From contig CAYRGW010000017.1 in assembly GCA_964423815.1 (NCBI GenBank), positions 606 to 64,605 of the forward strand: a stretch of 64,000 nucleotides of DNA. Reading direction: 5' to 3'. The notes below the pieces were generated by a model. It made no database searches. It was not told where the DNA came from and worked only from the letters and a program-made list of their open reading frames with translations. Origin of the DNA: an uncultured Solibacteraceae bacterium (GTDB lineage Bacteria > Acidobacteriota > Vicinamibacteria > Vicinamibacterales > SCN-69-37). Shown here one piece after another: positions 1 through 8,481 of this stretch. Within the stretch, counting starts at the first letter, position 1. Each line of letters starts with the position of its first letter. A program made the position numbers and the translations under genes.

Positions 1-1
1 C

Positions 2-94
2 GGCCGGTCGGACCTGCCACATCCCGCCGGCAACGCCGCGTCCATCCAGTTGCTCGACGATCGGCTGACCGACGAACTGCGCGATCTGGACTAA
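2..94 (+). CDS. 3' end of an unidentified CDS, truncated by the window edge
   Basis: The frame is open from the window edge to TAA at 92-94. Third codon positions are almost all G/C, as in the confident genes. It is too short to assign a family. Confidence 0.35.
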   Translation, partial: GRSDLPHPAGNAASIQLLDDRLTDELRDLD

Positions 95-158
95 CGCCCT
101 TCTGAATCCTTTTGCCGGACGCGAAGTCTATTCCTCCAGTAACGATTAGGAGGACTGT

Positions 159-368
159 ATGAGTGCATTGCTGAAGGTCAACGAACATCCGGTGGAACGT
201 GTCGTGCGGGTGGCACTGGGCGTGGCGCTGGTCGCGATGGCGGCGATGGGCACGATTGGTGTCTGGGGGTACATTGGTGTGGTGCCAATCCTCACCGGTG
301 CGGTGGGTTCCTGCCCGCTCTACACCCTGTTCGGACTCTCCACGTGCCCGGTGAAGTCGAAGGCCTGA
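159..368 (+). CDS. DUF2892 (YgaP-like) small membrane protein
   Basis: 69 aa with two hydrophobic helices and the C-terminal G..GxCPLY....G..TCP signature typical of DUF2892. AGGAGG lies 6-11 nt upstream of the ATG. Confidence 0.8.
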   Translation: MSALLKVNEHPVERVVRVALGVALVAMAAMGTIGVWGYIGVVPILTGAVGSCPLYTLFGLSTCPVKSKA

Positions 369-892
369 TCACCAGAGAGGCGTTTGACGCCCAGGTCGTC
401 CGTCATCAGGCGAGTGTGTTTCGTCTGGCGCGGTTGCTCACGCGATCACAGTCGGACGCGGAGGACGTGCTGCAGCAGACGTTTCTTGCCGCGTGGCGGC
501 ATCGCGCGCAGTTTCGCGCCGAGGCCAGTGTCCGCACGTGGTTGCTCACGATCGCGCGCAACACCGCGCTCACGTCGCGCACCCGGCAGTCCCGCGAGCC
601 GCTGGACTCCACGCCGATTGACGACCTCGGGATTCGTGCCGGGTGGGGTGGGCCCACGCCTGAAGATCTGGCGATTCGTGGGGAGCGTCACAAGCGCCTG
701 ACCGATGCGTTTGCGCGGCTCTCGGCCGATGACCGCGAAATTCTCACCTTGCGTGACCTTGAGGAACTGTCTGGTGACGCCACAGCGCAACTGCTGGGCG
801 TGAGCCTGCCGGCGATGAAGAGCCGGTTGCATCGAGCGCGGCTGGCGCTGGCCGCACTTGTGCGTGAGGAGGACACCCATGCGCCCCGATGA
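344..892 (+). CDS. ECF-type RNA polymerase sigma factor (sigma-70 family, group 4)
   Basis: Region 2 (DAEDVLQQTFLAAWRHRAQF...VRTWLLTIARNTAL) and region 4 HTH (LRDLEELSGDATAQLLGVSLPAMKSRLHRAR) are both present. The GTG start overlaps the DUF2892 stop by 25 nt. Confidence 0.9.
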   Translation: MPGEVEGLITREAFDAQVVRHQASVFRLARLLTRSQSDAEDVLQQTFLAAWRHRAQFRAEASVRTWLLTIARNTALTSRTRQSREPLDSTPIDDLGIRAGWGGPTPEDLAIRGERHKRLTDAFARLSADDREILTLRDLEELSGDATAQLLGVSLPAMKSRLHRARLALAALVREEDTHAPR

Positions 893-1130
893 ACAAACCG
901 TCGCCGGCCTCACGTGCTCGGAAGTGATGGCCGATCTGAGTGCCTATCTCGATCACGAACTGTCACCGGATCGTGCGGCCCACCTGGAGGCCCATGTCGC
1001 GGCGTGTGACGTGTGTGCCAGCTTCGGTGCGGCGTTTGCCGACCTCATCGGTCAGGTGCGGGAGCGTCTGCGCGAACCGGACCCGGTGCCCGACGACGTG
1101 CAAGACCGGCTGCGCTCGGTGCTGAAGTAG
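879..1130 (+). CDS. Soluble zinc-binding anti-sigma factor (ZAS, zf-HC2, RsrA-like)
   Basis: 83 aa with no TM segment. It carries HxxxCxxC (H39, C43, C46) plus an upstream Cys13. GAGGAGGA precedes the ATG, and the start overlaps the sigma gene by 14 nt. The longer 858 start in the ORF track is less likely. Confidence 0.8.
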   Translation: MRPDEQTVAGLTCSEVMADLSAYLDHELSPDRAAHLEAHVAACDVCASFGAAFADLIGQVRERLREPDPVPDDVQDRLRSVLK

Positions 1131-1196
1131 CACCAAAAACCTTACCGTTTGCTGACAACTCTCCGTTCCGCACCCTCGTCTTTTTCATGGACGGCT

Positions 1197-1637
1197 ATGA
1201 AAAACACGATACGAACACTGATCACAATGTTGACCACGGCTGCGGTTGCCGGTCTGCTGGCCGCGTGCACGGCGGCGACGGCACCGTCGAGTGCGCTACG
1301 CGGCGGCGTGCTCGCGACGTTTCGCACGACAAACCAGACGTTCAAGGTATTTGTGACACGGCCCGCGACGATCGACGCCCTGTACGCCTTGCACCGCGGC
1401 CAGGCCACGGCGTCCATTCCCAATGGGCGAATTCTTCGGGGAGCCGGAGCCGGATCTCACAACGCGCCGTACACGTGGCACCTTGATCCCACCGACGTGG
1501 AAATGGCGGATGCCACCATCGAACTCTGTGACGGCACCCCGTCGTACGTGGAAGCCCACCTCACCGAATATGTCGATGTGATCGGGCGATATTGCCCGTG
1601 GGGCGCGACGTTGGTGGCCCTGCAGGACTTCAGATAG
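1197..1637 (+). CDS. Lipoprotein of unknown function
   Basis: Signal peptide MKNTIRTLITMLTTAAVAGLLAAC with lipobox LLAAC. I cannot name a family for the mature part. The start is chosen at internal Met17 of the tracked ORF. Confidence 0.7.
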   Translation: MKNTIRTLITMLTTAAVAGLLAACTAATAPSSALRGGVLATFRTTNQTFKVFVTRPATIDALYALHRGQATASIPNGRILRGAGAGSHNAPYTWHLDPTDVEMADATIELCDGTPSYVEAHLTEYVDVIGRYCPWGATLVALQDFR

Positions 1638-2481
1638 GCCGTCGCGCCACTGGCCACTCGCGCGCGAACGATGGGAGCGCGCGCCGCGTGGTTCGGAGCA
1701 TCGTGGTCCACCGCGCGAGGGCGCGTTCGTCACGCGGACGCCACTTGAATCCGTATGCGTCTCGAATTGATGGCGGCAGCGATCCGATCGTGAGCAACTG
1801 CACGGTGCGAAACGCCGGCCAGGCCAGATACCACTGCGGCGGATACAACACGGCCCGCGCAAGCGCGCGGCTGGTGTCGGTGACCTCGAGCGTGCCACCC
1901 TCGAGCATCTCGCGCATGTAGGCGTCGAGTTGGTCGGCGTCGCGCGGGAGCCATCCCGTTGGCATGCCCAACAGTGGCTCCATGATCGTGGCTTCGGCAC
2001 AATACCGATCACGGTCCTCGCGCGCGAGTGGGCCCACGAACCTCTCGTACGCGAGTGGAAGCGAATCGAGCAACGTTGCGTGCACCCATCGTTGCAGGTC
2101 GTCATCGTGCGCGGAGTACGGGGTGCCGCACGGCGTGTGCCCCCGGACACGGTCGTGAATCGTGTTGATGTCGGCGGCCGTCGCCACCACCTGGTCGTCG
2201 TCTCCAAAGGTGAGCGACACCATCGCGCCGACGGTGGATTGCAGTCGCCGGAGGCTCGAGCGAAGACTGCCCCGGAAGGTGCTGTGCCCGTGCACGCCGG
2301 CGGCGACGGCGGGGTGGGCCAACTGGAGGAGGATGGCGCGCCCCCAGCCGGCGACCACGATCATTTCGCGGTTGATTTTCCAGGTGACGCTGTCACGTCC
2401 GGCCCGGACGTGGGGCGACCGGTGCAGGCGTGCCCGCACGGTCGCACGATGGCGTTGTGCCGCCGGGCTCACGATATCCAT
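1630..2481 (-). CDS. MpaB/DUF2236-family oxygenase-like protein
   Basis: The core motif GWGRAILLQLAHPAVAAGVHGHSTF...INTIHDRVRG is characteristic of DUF2236. The start is taken at Met55 of the tracked ORF because the longer form would run into the upstream gene. Confidence 0.75.
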   Translation of the reverse strand: MDIVSPAAQRHRATVRARLHRSPHVRAGRDSVTWKINREMIVVAGWGRAILLQLAHPAVAAGVHGHSTFRGSLRSSLRRLQSTVGAMVSLTFGDDDQVVATAADINTIHDRVRGHTPCGTPYSAHDDDLQRWVHATLLDSLPLAYERFVGPLAREDRDRYCAEATIMEPLLGMPTGWLPRDADQLDAYMREMLEGGTLEVTDTSRALARAVLYPPQWYLAWPAFRTVQLLTIGSLPPSIRDAYGFKWRPRDERALARWTTMLRTTRRALPSFAREWPVARRPI

Positions 2482-2533
2482 GCTGCATGAGACGACGGGG
2501 GACGCGCGATGTGTGTCAGCCCCGCGTGAGCGT

Positions 2534-3601
2534 TCAGTGAGATTGTCGTGAACGCAGGCCAAATGTGAGGCCGAGGCCAAAGACGGCCGCCTCGCCAAAC
2601 GCGAGAATGTTCTGCGAGACCGGGCCAAAGTCCGGCTCGCCAATCAGGCGCCCAAGCGGCGCGAGGATGGCGCGCGAACCGTCGGCGGCGATCGCGATGG
2701 TGTGGATGGTGCCACCCACCAGTGGCCGCCCGCCGAGCATCAAGGCGAGTCCCGCCAGCCCACACAGCACCGCCGTGACCACAAGCGCTCCTGTGCGGGA
2801 TTGGGATCTCGTGGTGATCGCATAACCAGCGCCGGAGGCCGCGCCGATCACCACACCCTCAAGGCCCCCGCCAACGGCGACGTCCAGGCCCATCAGCGAC
2901 GCGAGGCTCCAGCGCGCGAGCCACTGGACGGTCACGCCAACCACGCCGCCCCCAATCGCCGCCCCGCCAATCAGTGCCGCCGCACCCTGGGCGCGCGCAT
3001 TGGTTTCGGCCACAAACAGGCCGGCACCGACGCCACCCCCGCCGAGTGCGCCGCACACGCCACCGATCACCCCCAGGACTGGCGCGATCGCGATCGGCGC
3101 CGTGCTGCCGGGCGCGACGGCGAGGATCAATCCGCCAAGTCCACCCGCGGCGACGCCGGCCAGCGCCCCGCCCCGCGCCGCATTCCACGCGGTGCTCTCT
3201 GCCGATTCGTAGGCGGGGGTGGGAAAGTCAGTGGCAACGGTCGCCGGGGTGTCCAGGGCCGGCGCCGGGTGCGCACCGTCGTCGGCGTCTTCGAGGACCT
3301 CCGGGAATACAAAGCGGTAGCCGTGCCGGGACACCGTGCGGATATACCGAGGCTCCCTCGAATCATCGTCAAGCGTGCGGCGGAGCGTGCGGATGGCCTG
3401 GCTGAGTGCGCTGTCGGAGACAATGGCGTCGGTCCACACGCGCTCGAAGATTTCGCGGCGATGGACGGCTTCGTGCCGGCGCTCGATCAGCAGCACCAGC
3501 AAATCGAAGTAGCGCGGGATCAGCGGAACTTCACGTCCATCGCGGACAAGGAGTCGCCGTTGCGGCGAGAGCGTGAAGTCACTGAAACGATAACGAATCA
3601 C
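2534..3601 (-). CDS. ToxR/CadC-like membrane-bound transcriptional regulator (N-terminal OmpR-type winged helix plus Gly/Ala-rich polytopic domain)
   Basis: The N-terminus (FTLSPQRRLLVRDGREVPLIPRYFDLLVLLIERRHEAVHRREIFERVW...IRTLRRTL...IRTVSRHGYRF) is a trans_reg_C winged helix. It is followed by about 240 aa of GxxxG/A-rich hydrophobic segments. Confidence 0.75.
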   Translation of the reverse strand: MIRYRFSDFTLSPQRRLLVRDGREVPLIPRYFDLLVLLIERRHEAVHRREIFERVWTDAIVSDSALSQAIRTLRRTLDDDSREPRYIRTVSRHGYRFVFPEVLEDADDGAHPAPALDTPATVATDFPTPAYESAESTAWNAARGGALAGVAAGGLGGLILAVAPGSTAPIAIAPVLGVIGGVCGALGGGGVGAGLFVAETNARAQGAAALIGGAAIGGGVVGVTVQWLARWSLASLMGLDVAVGGGLEGVVIGAASGAGYAITTRSQSRTGALVVTAVLCGLAGLALMLGGRPLVGGTIHTIAIAADGSRAILAPLGRLIGEPDFGPVSQNILAFGEAAVFGLGLTFGLRSRQSH

Positions 3602-3618
3602 GGGTTCAGGATACGACG

Positions 3619-4005
3619 TCAGCCCCTGCAGCAGGTTTCTGCGGCGGCGGTCAGTGTGCGAACCGGGATCGAGACCAGGTGGCTCAGCCGGCGTCGGTCG
3701 GTGGTGGTGCCGGAGGCCAGATGGACCGCTTCCAGTGAGGCTTTGAGTACTTTGGACACAGCCTGGGTCGTCGGCACCTCCAGGCGGTAGTGCATCCAGG
3801 GGCCCTCGCGGCGCGCGGCGACCAGGCCGGTTTTGCGAAGGTAGGCGAGGTGGCGGGACACCGCAGGCTGCGGCAGGTCGAGCGCGCCGTGGATGTTGCA
3901 GACACAGACCTCGCCGGAGGCGAGCAGTGCGAGGATCCGCAGGCGGGTGTCGTCGGCCAGGGCCTTGAACAGTTGTTCCAGTGAGTCCAGCGAGGCGCTC
4001 TTCAT
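3619..4005 (-). CDS. arsR: ArsR/SmtB-family metalloregulator
   Basis: Contains LFKALADDTRLRILALLASGEVCVCNIHGALDLPQPAVSRHLAYLRKTGLV. It is divergent from arsM. The start is taken at Met26 (cat at 4003-4005). Confidence 0.85.
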   Translation of the reverse strand: MKSASLDSLEQLFKALADDTRLRILALLASGEVCVCNIHGALDLPQPAVSRHLAYLRKTGLVAARREGPWMHYRLEVPTTQAVSKVLKASLEAVHLASGTTTDRRRLSHLVSIPVRTLTAAAETCCRG

Positions 4006-4012
4006 ATTCGGC

Positions 4013-4041
4013 TTGACGAATATATCACGGAGGTCTATATT
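4013..4041 (+). promoter_or_regulatory. Sigma-70-type promoter for arsM (TTGACG-17 nt-TATATT)
   Basis: TTGACG at 4013-4018, an exactly 17-nt spacer, and TATATT at 4036-4041. The arsM ATG is at 4055, so the leader would be very short. A mirror TTGAAG...TATATT arrangement exists on the other strand for arsR. Confidence 0.5.
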
Positions 4042-4043
4042 CG
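4017..4043. promoter_or_regulatory. Candidate ArsR operator: perfect 8-bp inverted repeat CGAATATA-N11-TATATTCG
   Basis: CGAATATA at 4017-4024 and TATATTCG at 4036-4043, read directly. The repeat straddles the -35 and -10 elements of the divergent arsR/arsM promoters. Confidence 0.45.
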
Positions 4044-4054
4044 CTTCAACGCAT

Positions 4055-4861
4055 ATGGATGACCTCACGCTCACCGTCAAAAAACGTTATGGATCGATCG
4101 CCGAGACCGTCGCCAGTGGCGGCCAGGGCTGTTGCGGCCCCAGCGACTGCTGCGCCGATCCCATCAGCAGCGATCTGTACAGCGCGACCGAGACGGCCGG
4201 CCTTCCGGCGCACGCGGTTGCCGCGTCACTGGGTTGTGGCAACCCCACGGCACTGGCGACGCTCAACCCTGGGGACATCGTCCTGGATCTCGGGTCGGGC
4301 GGCGGCATTGACGTGTTGCTCTCCGCCAAACGGGTCGGGCCCACGGGCAAGGCCTATGGCCTCGACATGACCGATGAGATGCTCGCGCTGGCGCGCGCCA
4401 ATCAGGAAAAAGCCGGCGCCACCAACGTGGAGTTCCTGAAGGGCCACATTGAGGCAATCCCGCTGCCGGACAACACCGTGGACGTCATCATCTCGAACTG
4501 CGTGATCAATCTGTCCGGAGACAAAGACAAAGTCCTCGCCGAAGCCTTCCGTGTGTTGAAGCCCAATGGGCGATTCGCCGTCTCGGACGTCGTGAGTCGT
4601 CGTCGTGATGTGCCGGCGGAGATCCGTCGAAGTGTGGAGCTCTGGATCGGGTGTGTCGCCGGCGCGCTCCACGAAGACGACTTCAAGGCGAAGCTGCAGG
4701 CAGCTGGCTTTGTCGATGTGGAGATCGAGATTGTGCGCGAATACCGTGCGGCCGACGCCCGCGCCTTCCTCGCCGGGGCCGGCCTCGACGCCGACGCCAT
4801 TGCCCCGATAGTGGACGGCGCCTTCGGCAGCGCCTTCGTCCGCGCCCGGAAGCCGTCTTAA
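4055..4861 (+). CDS. arsM: Arsenite S-adenosylmethionine methyltransferase
   Basis: Has the N-terminal Cys cluster (GCCGPSDCC), SAM motif [23 protein letters not shown], and a downstream conserved Cys (GC at WIGCVAG). The start is at Met55 of the tracked ORF (ATG 4055). Confidence 0.9.
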   Translation: MDDLTLTVKKRYGSIAETVASGGQGCCGPSDCCADPISSDLYSATETAGLPAHAVAASLGCGNPTALATLNPGDIVLDLGSGGGIDVLLSAKRVGPTGKAYGLDMTDEMLALARANQEKAGATNVEFLKGHIEAIPLPDNTVDVIISNCVINLSGDKDKVLAEAFRVLKPNGRFAVSDVVSRRRDVPAEIRRSVELWIGCVAGALHEDDFKAKLQAAGFVDVEIEIVREYRAADARAFLAGAGLDADAIAPIVDGAFGSAFVRARKPS

Positions 4862-4899
4862 GAACGATTCACAACGAGGCATGAATACATGAAGGGTGA

Positions 4900-5000
4900 G
4901 GGGTTGACCAGCCGCCTTCGGCAGCTGGCGCGATCGGAGCACTCATTACCGCGTCTCGCTCCGATCGCGAAGGCCCGGTGGAACCGGGCCGGTCAACCCC
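4900..5000. repeat. 101-bp nested palindromic element in the arsM-arsC spacer
   Basis: The outer arms are GGGGTTGACC (4900-4909) and GGTCAACCCC (4991-5000). The inner 12-bp stem is CGCGATCGGAGC (4929-4940) paired with GCTCCGATCGCG (4958-4969). Each arm also contains its own local hairpin (GCCGccttCGGC and GGCCCGGtggaaCCGGGCC). Confidence 0.7.
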
Positions 5001-5022
5001 GTCCGTCTGACCCTGCCTTGCC

Positions 5023-5056
5023 CCATGGATCCCCATGACCCCCATGTTGAATAAAA
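5023..5056 (+). repeat. Dispersed repeat module A, copy A1 (CCATGGatCCCCATGaCCCCCATGTTGAAtAAAA)
   Basis: Closely matches the copies at 18242-18275 and 26005-26037, and the inverted copy at 25791-21. It contains both candidate arsC start codons (5035 and 5044). Confidence 0.8.
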
Positions 5057-5466
5057 CAACGCGACTCCTGTTCCTCTGTGTCGCCAACTCTGCCCGCAGT
5101 CAGATGGCCGAGGGGCTCGCGCGTCACTTGTTCGGAGATCGCGTGACCGTGCAGAGTGCGGGCAGCGCACCGACGCGCGTGAATCCCAACGCGATCGCCG
5201 CGCTGGCGGAGCTGGGGATCGATGCGTCGGGGCACACATCGAAGTTGGTGGACGACATCGCAGCCGACTCCATCGATCTGGTCATCACCCTCTGCGCCGA
5301 GGAGGTGTGCCCGGTGTACCCCGGTCGTGTTGAGCGCCTCCACTGGCCGCTGCCCGATCCGGCGGGTGCACCGCCCGACCAGGCGATGGCGCGGTTCCGT
5401 GAGGTGCGCGACATGTTGCGGGCACGCCTGGAAGCGTTCGGGCGTGAGCGGGGCCTCGCCGACTAG
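5044..5466 (+). CDS. arsC: Arsenate reductase / low-molecular-weight protein-tyrosine-phosphatase family (thioredoxin-coupled ArsC type)
   Basis: The P-loop [17 protein letters not shown] (CX5R-S) lies near the N-terminus. Downstream Cys residues are present (TLCAEEVCP). The start may be ATG 5044 or ATG 5035, and both lie inside repeat A1. Confidence 0.85.
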   Translation: MLNKTTRLLFLCVANSARSQMAEGLARHLFGDRVTVQSAGSAPTRVNPNAIAALAELGIDASGHTSKLVDDIAADSIDLVITLCAEEVCPVYPGRVERLHWPLPDPAGAPPDQAMARFREVRDMLRARLEAFGRERGLAD

Positions 5467-5475
5467 AATGGGTTG

Positions 5476-6924
5476 ATGGCCCCGCGCGTCCGCTTCGCTC
5501 CGTCCCCCACTGGTTACCTGCACGTCGGGGGCGCACGAACGGCGTTGTTCAACTGGCTCTACGCCAAACGCCACGGCGGGACGTTTGTCCTCCGCATTGA
5601 AGATACCGACATCGAGCGGTCGTCGACCGACATGGTGACGGGCATTCTGACGAGCATGACCTGGCTCGGGCTGGCATGGGATGAAGGGCCAGGCGTCGGC
5701 GGTCCACATGCGCCGTACTTTCAGACCGAACGCCTCGACAAATACCGCGCGGCCGCGGCTGCGCTCGTCGCCTCCGGGCACGGGTATTACTGCTACTGCA
5801 AACCAGACGAACTCAAGGCCAAACGTGAAGCCGCTGAGGCCGCCGGCTCCGCCTGGACCTACGACCGCACCTGCCACCGCCTGACCCCCGAGGAGATCGC
5901 GAGCCGCGAAACGGCCGGCCATCCCCGCGCGGTGCGGTTTTTTGTGCCGGAAGGTGTGACCACCTTCACCGATCTCGTCCGTGGACGCATCGAATTTGCA
6001 CGTCAGAACATCGAGGACTTCGTGATCCTCCGCTCCGATGGTGTCCCGACCTACCACCTCTCCGTTGTGGTTGACGATGTGGAGATGGAGATCACGCAGG
6101 TGGTGCGTGGCGACGACCACATCTCCAACACACCAAAGCAGGTGCTGCTGTACGAAGCACTGGGCGCACCGGTCCCTGAGTTTGCGCACGTGCCGCTCAT
6201 TCTTGGCCCCGACAAAAAACGCCTGAGTAAACGCCACGGCGCGACGTCGGTCGGCGAGTACGAAACACAGGGGTATCTGCCGGAGGCGATGATCAACTTT
6301 CTGGCGCTGCTGGGGTGGTCACCCGGCGGCAATCAGGAAGTGTTCAGCCGTGAGGAACTCATCGAACGGTTCACCCTCGACGGCATCAGCGGCGGCAACG
6401 CCGTGTTCAACTCGGACAAGCTGGACTGGTTTAATCAGCAACATATCGTCCGCCTCGCCAACGACGATCTGCTGCATCGCATCCAGACCGAGTTGCGCCT
6501 CGCGGGGATGTGGCGCGACACGTTGCTCAACGCGGAATTTGCCTGGGTGAGCCGCGTGCTGGATCTGCTGAAACCCCGCGCGCGCAAACTCGCCGATCTG
6601 GTCGGGCCACTCAAGGTGTTTCTCAGCGATGACGTCGTGTTTGATGAGGCGGCGGTGGCCAAACACCTCGCCGGTCCTGAGGTGCGCGAACATCTGCACG
6701 CATGGGCGGACGTCGTGGCCGCGCTGCCGTCATTGGAGCCGGCCGCCACTGAAGCCGCGCTGCGCGCGCTGGCAGACGCACGCGGCATCAAACCCGGCGT
6801 ACTCATTCATGGCACACGCGTGGCCGTGACCGGTCAGGCCGTCAGCCCTGGGATCTTCGACGTGCTGGAGCTTGTCGGGCAGGACCGCGTCGTGCAGCGT
6901 CTCCGCACGGCGTCTACCACCTGA
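5476..6924 (+). CDS. gltX: Glutamate--tRNA ligase
   Basis: Contains RFAPSPTGYLHVGGARTALFNWLYA (HIGH region) and KRLSKRHG (KMSKS). About 482 aa. ATG 5476 is preferred over the TTG at 5473. Confidence 0.95.
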   Translation: MAPRVRFAPSPTGYLHVGGARTALFNWLYAKRHGGTFVLRIEDTDIERSSTDMVTGILTSMTWLGLAWDEGPGVGGPHAPYFQTERLDKYRAAAAALVASGHGYYCYCKPDELKAKREAAEAAGSAWTYDRTCHRLTPEEIASRETAGHPRAVRFFVPEGVTTFTDLVRGRIEFARQNIEDFVILRSDGVPTYHLSVVVDDVEMEITQVVRGDDHISNTPKQVLLYEALGAPVPEFAHVPLILGPDKKRLSKRHGATSVGEYETQGYLPEAMINFLALLGWSPGGNQEVFSREELIERFTLDGISGGNAVFNSDKLDWFNQQHIVRLANDDLLHRIQTELRLAGMWRDTLLNAEFAWVSRVLDLLKPRARKLADLVGPLKVFLSDDVVFDEAAVAKHLAGPEVREHLHAWADVVAALPSLEPAATEAALRALADARGIKPGVLIHGTRVAVTGQAVSPGIFDVLELVGQDRVVQRLRTASTT

Positions 6925-7726
6925 GCGTCCGCTTGCCTCGCCAGATGGGGCCCTCGTCGACAAAACGCCACTCGGGATTACGCGACGTGTCGCGCATCGC
7001 GTCGAGTGTTTCGTCAAACAGCGACAGGTCCTCATCCGAGCACTCGAAGTACGAGATGAAGTCCCATTCGCCCTCGCGACCCTCACCGTCGGGGTTGTAG
7101 AACACGCGCCTGAGAATTTTCGGCGCGGCCGCGCGCCCCAGTTCCGCGTGTCCCGCAACACACTTGCCGCTGTGGCGATCGTGGTGCGGGTAAAAATACT
7201 GATGCCGTTCCATTGCCGGCATGGCCCACCACTCGGCAGTCTTCCGCACGGGAAGAATGATCGCGTTGGACGTGGTCCGACCCGATGACCGCGCCTTCGC
7301 CTGGGTGTATGCCCACGTATACATGTCCACGCTGGTGTATTGCGGCACCCGCACAGCACCCGACAAGGTGGTGATCTCGGCCAGGTCTCCTACACGCCGA
7401 CGCAGTTCTTTTTCCGCATCGTTGAGGCTCGGGCGGTACTTTGACGTGACCTGCACCACGTGTGTCGCAATCGCCAGGTCAGCCGAGGCGGACTTGTCCA
7501 CGCCGAACCCGTTGATCGACAGGAACTGAATCATTTCGTGAGGGGGCGCATCGGTGCCGCCACCCTCAACATCAAAGACATTAAAAAACGCACGCGCCAA
7601 TTGATCGCCCACTCCACGCAACCGCTGCCGGATGGCATCGTCAAGCTGCGCAGGCCGCACAAAAAAGAAGCGTGTGTAGGCCAGATTGGCACCCAGCTGC
7701 GGGGCGTCAAGACAGGAAAACGTCAT
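6914..7726 (-). CDS. Chlorite dismutase family protein (Cld/ChdC-like haem enzyme fold)
   Basis: The C-terminal half (ILPVRKTAEWWAMPAMERHQYF...) resembles the Cld/HemQ family signature. The start is at Met15 (cat 7724-7726). The 3' end overlaps gltX by 11 nt in convergent orientation. Confidence 0.65.
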   Translation of the reverse strand: MTFSCLDAPQLGANLAYTRFFFVRPAQLDDAIRQRLRGVGDQLARAFFNVFDVEGGGTDAPPHEMIQFLSINGFGVDKSASADLAIATHVVQVTSKYRPSLNDAEKELRRRVGDLAEITTLSGAVRVPQYTSVDMYTWAYTQAKARSSGRTTSNAIILPVRKTAEWWAMPAMERHQYFYPHHDRHSGKCVAGHAELGRAAAPKILRRVFYNPDGEGREGEWDFISYFECSDEDLSLFDETLDAMRDTSRNPEWRFVDEGPIWRGKRTLRW

Positions 7727-7758
7727 CTTCAGTAAGCTGCTATCGGCCCTGATACTCC

Positions 7759-8430
7759 ATGCCTGCAATGAAACGCGCCCCTGCCCGCTCTTCCCGTGTG
7801 CAACCCCGTGCAGTCGTACGCAAAACTGCCCCCGCCGAGGTGTTCGAAACGGCGCGCCGGTACCTGATGCGGACGGACCCGCGGTTGGTCGACGTGATCA
7901 AGCGGACAGGCCATCAGCGCCCGAATTTTGGGGAGCGGGACCCATTTGATGCGTTGGTCAGCGCCGTCATCTCGCAGCAACTCTCGACCAAAGCCGCCGC
8001 AACCATCCGCGGCCGTGTGTTGGCCCTGGTCCCCAGCCTCACACCGGACGCCCTGCTTGCCATACCGGTCCCAGATCTGCGAACCGCGGGTCTCAGTGGG
8101 CAAAAGGCCGCCTATCTGCGCGATTTGGCCGAGCGGGTCATCGACGGCCGCCTGGACCTCGCGCACCTTGAGACCCTCACCGACGACGAGGTGATCGAGG
8201 CCATCGTCGCCGTCAAGGGTTTTGGCCGATGGACGGCCCAGATGTTCCTGATGTTCAGCCTCCACCGCCCGGACGTCCTCCCGACCGGCGACCTCGGCAT
8301 CGTTAAAGGCTTCCAGAATGTGCTTGGGATGAAAAGCCGGCCGTCGATACGGACGATGGAACGTGCGGCAAAAGTGTGGCAACCCTACCGGTCCATCGCG
8401 AGCTGGTATTTGTGGCGGACGCTTGAGTAG
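7759..8430 (+). CDS. DNA-3-methyladenine glycosylase II family (HhH-GPD, AlkA-like)
   Basis: Contains FDALVSAVISQQLSTKAAATIRGRV and the HhH segment VKGFGRWTAQMFLMFSLHRPDVLPTGDLGI, ending with WQPYRSIASWYLW. Confidence 0.85.
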   Translation: MPAMKRAPARSSRVQPRAVVRKTAPAEVFETARRYLMRTDPRLVDVIKRTGHQRPNFGERDPFDALVSAVISQQLSTKAAATIRGRVLALVPSLTPDALLAIPVPDLRTAGLSGQKAAYLRDLAERVIDGRLDLAHLETLTDDEVIEAIVAVKGFGRWTAQMFLMFSLHRPDVLPTGDLGIVKGFQNVLGMKSRPSIRTMERAAKVWQPYRSIASWYLWRTLE

Positions 8431-8481
8431 GGTTCGGGAAGGGGTAACACCTCTGCCTCGCCTGACGTATTCGATGCCCAG

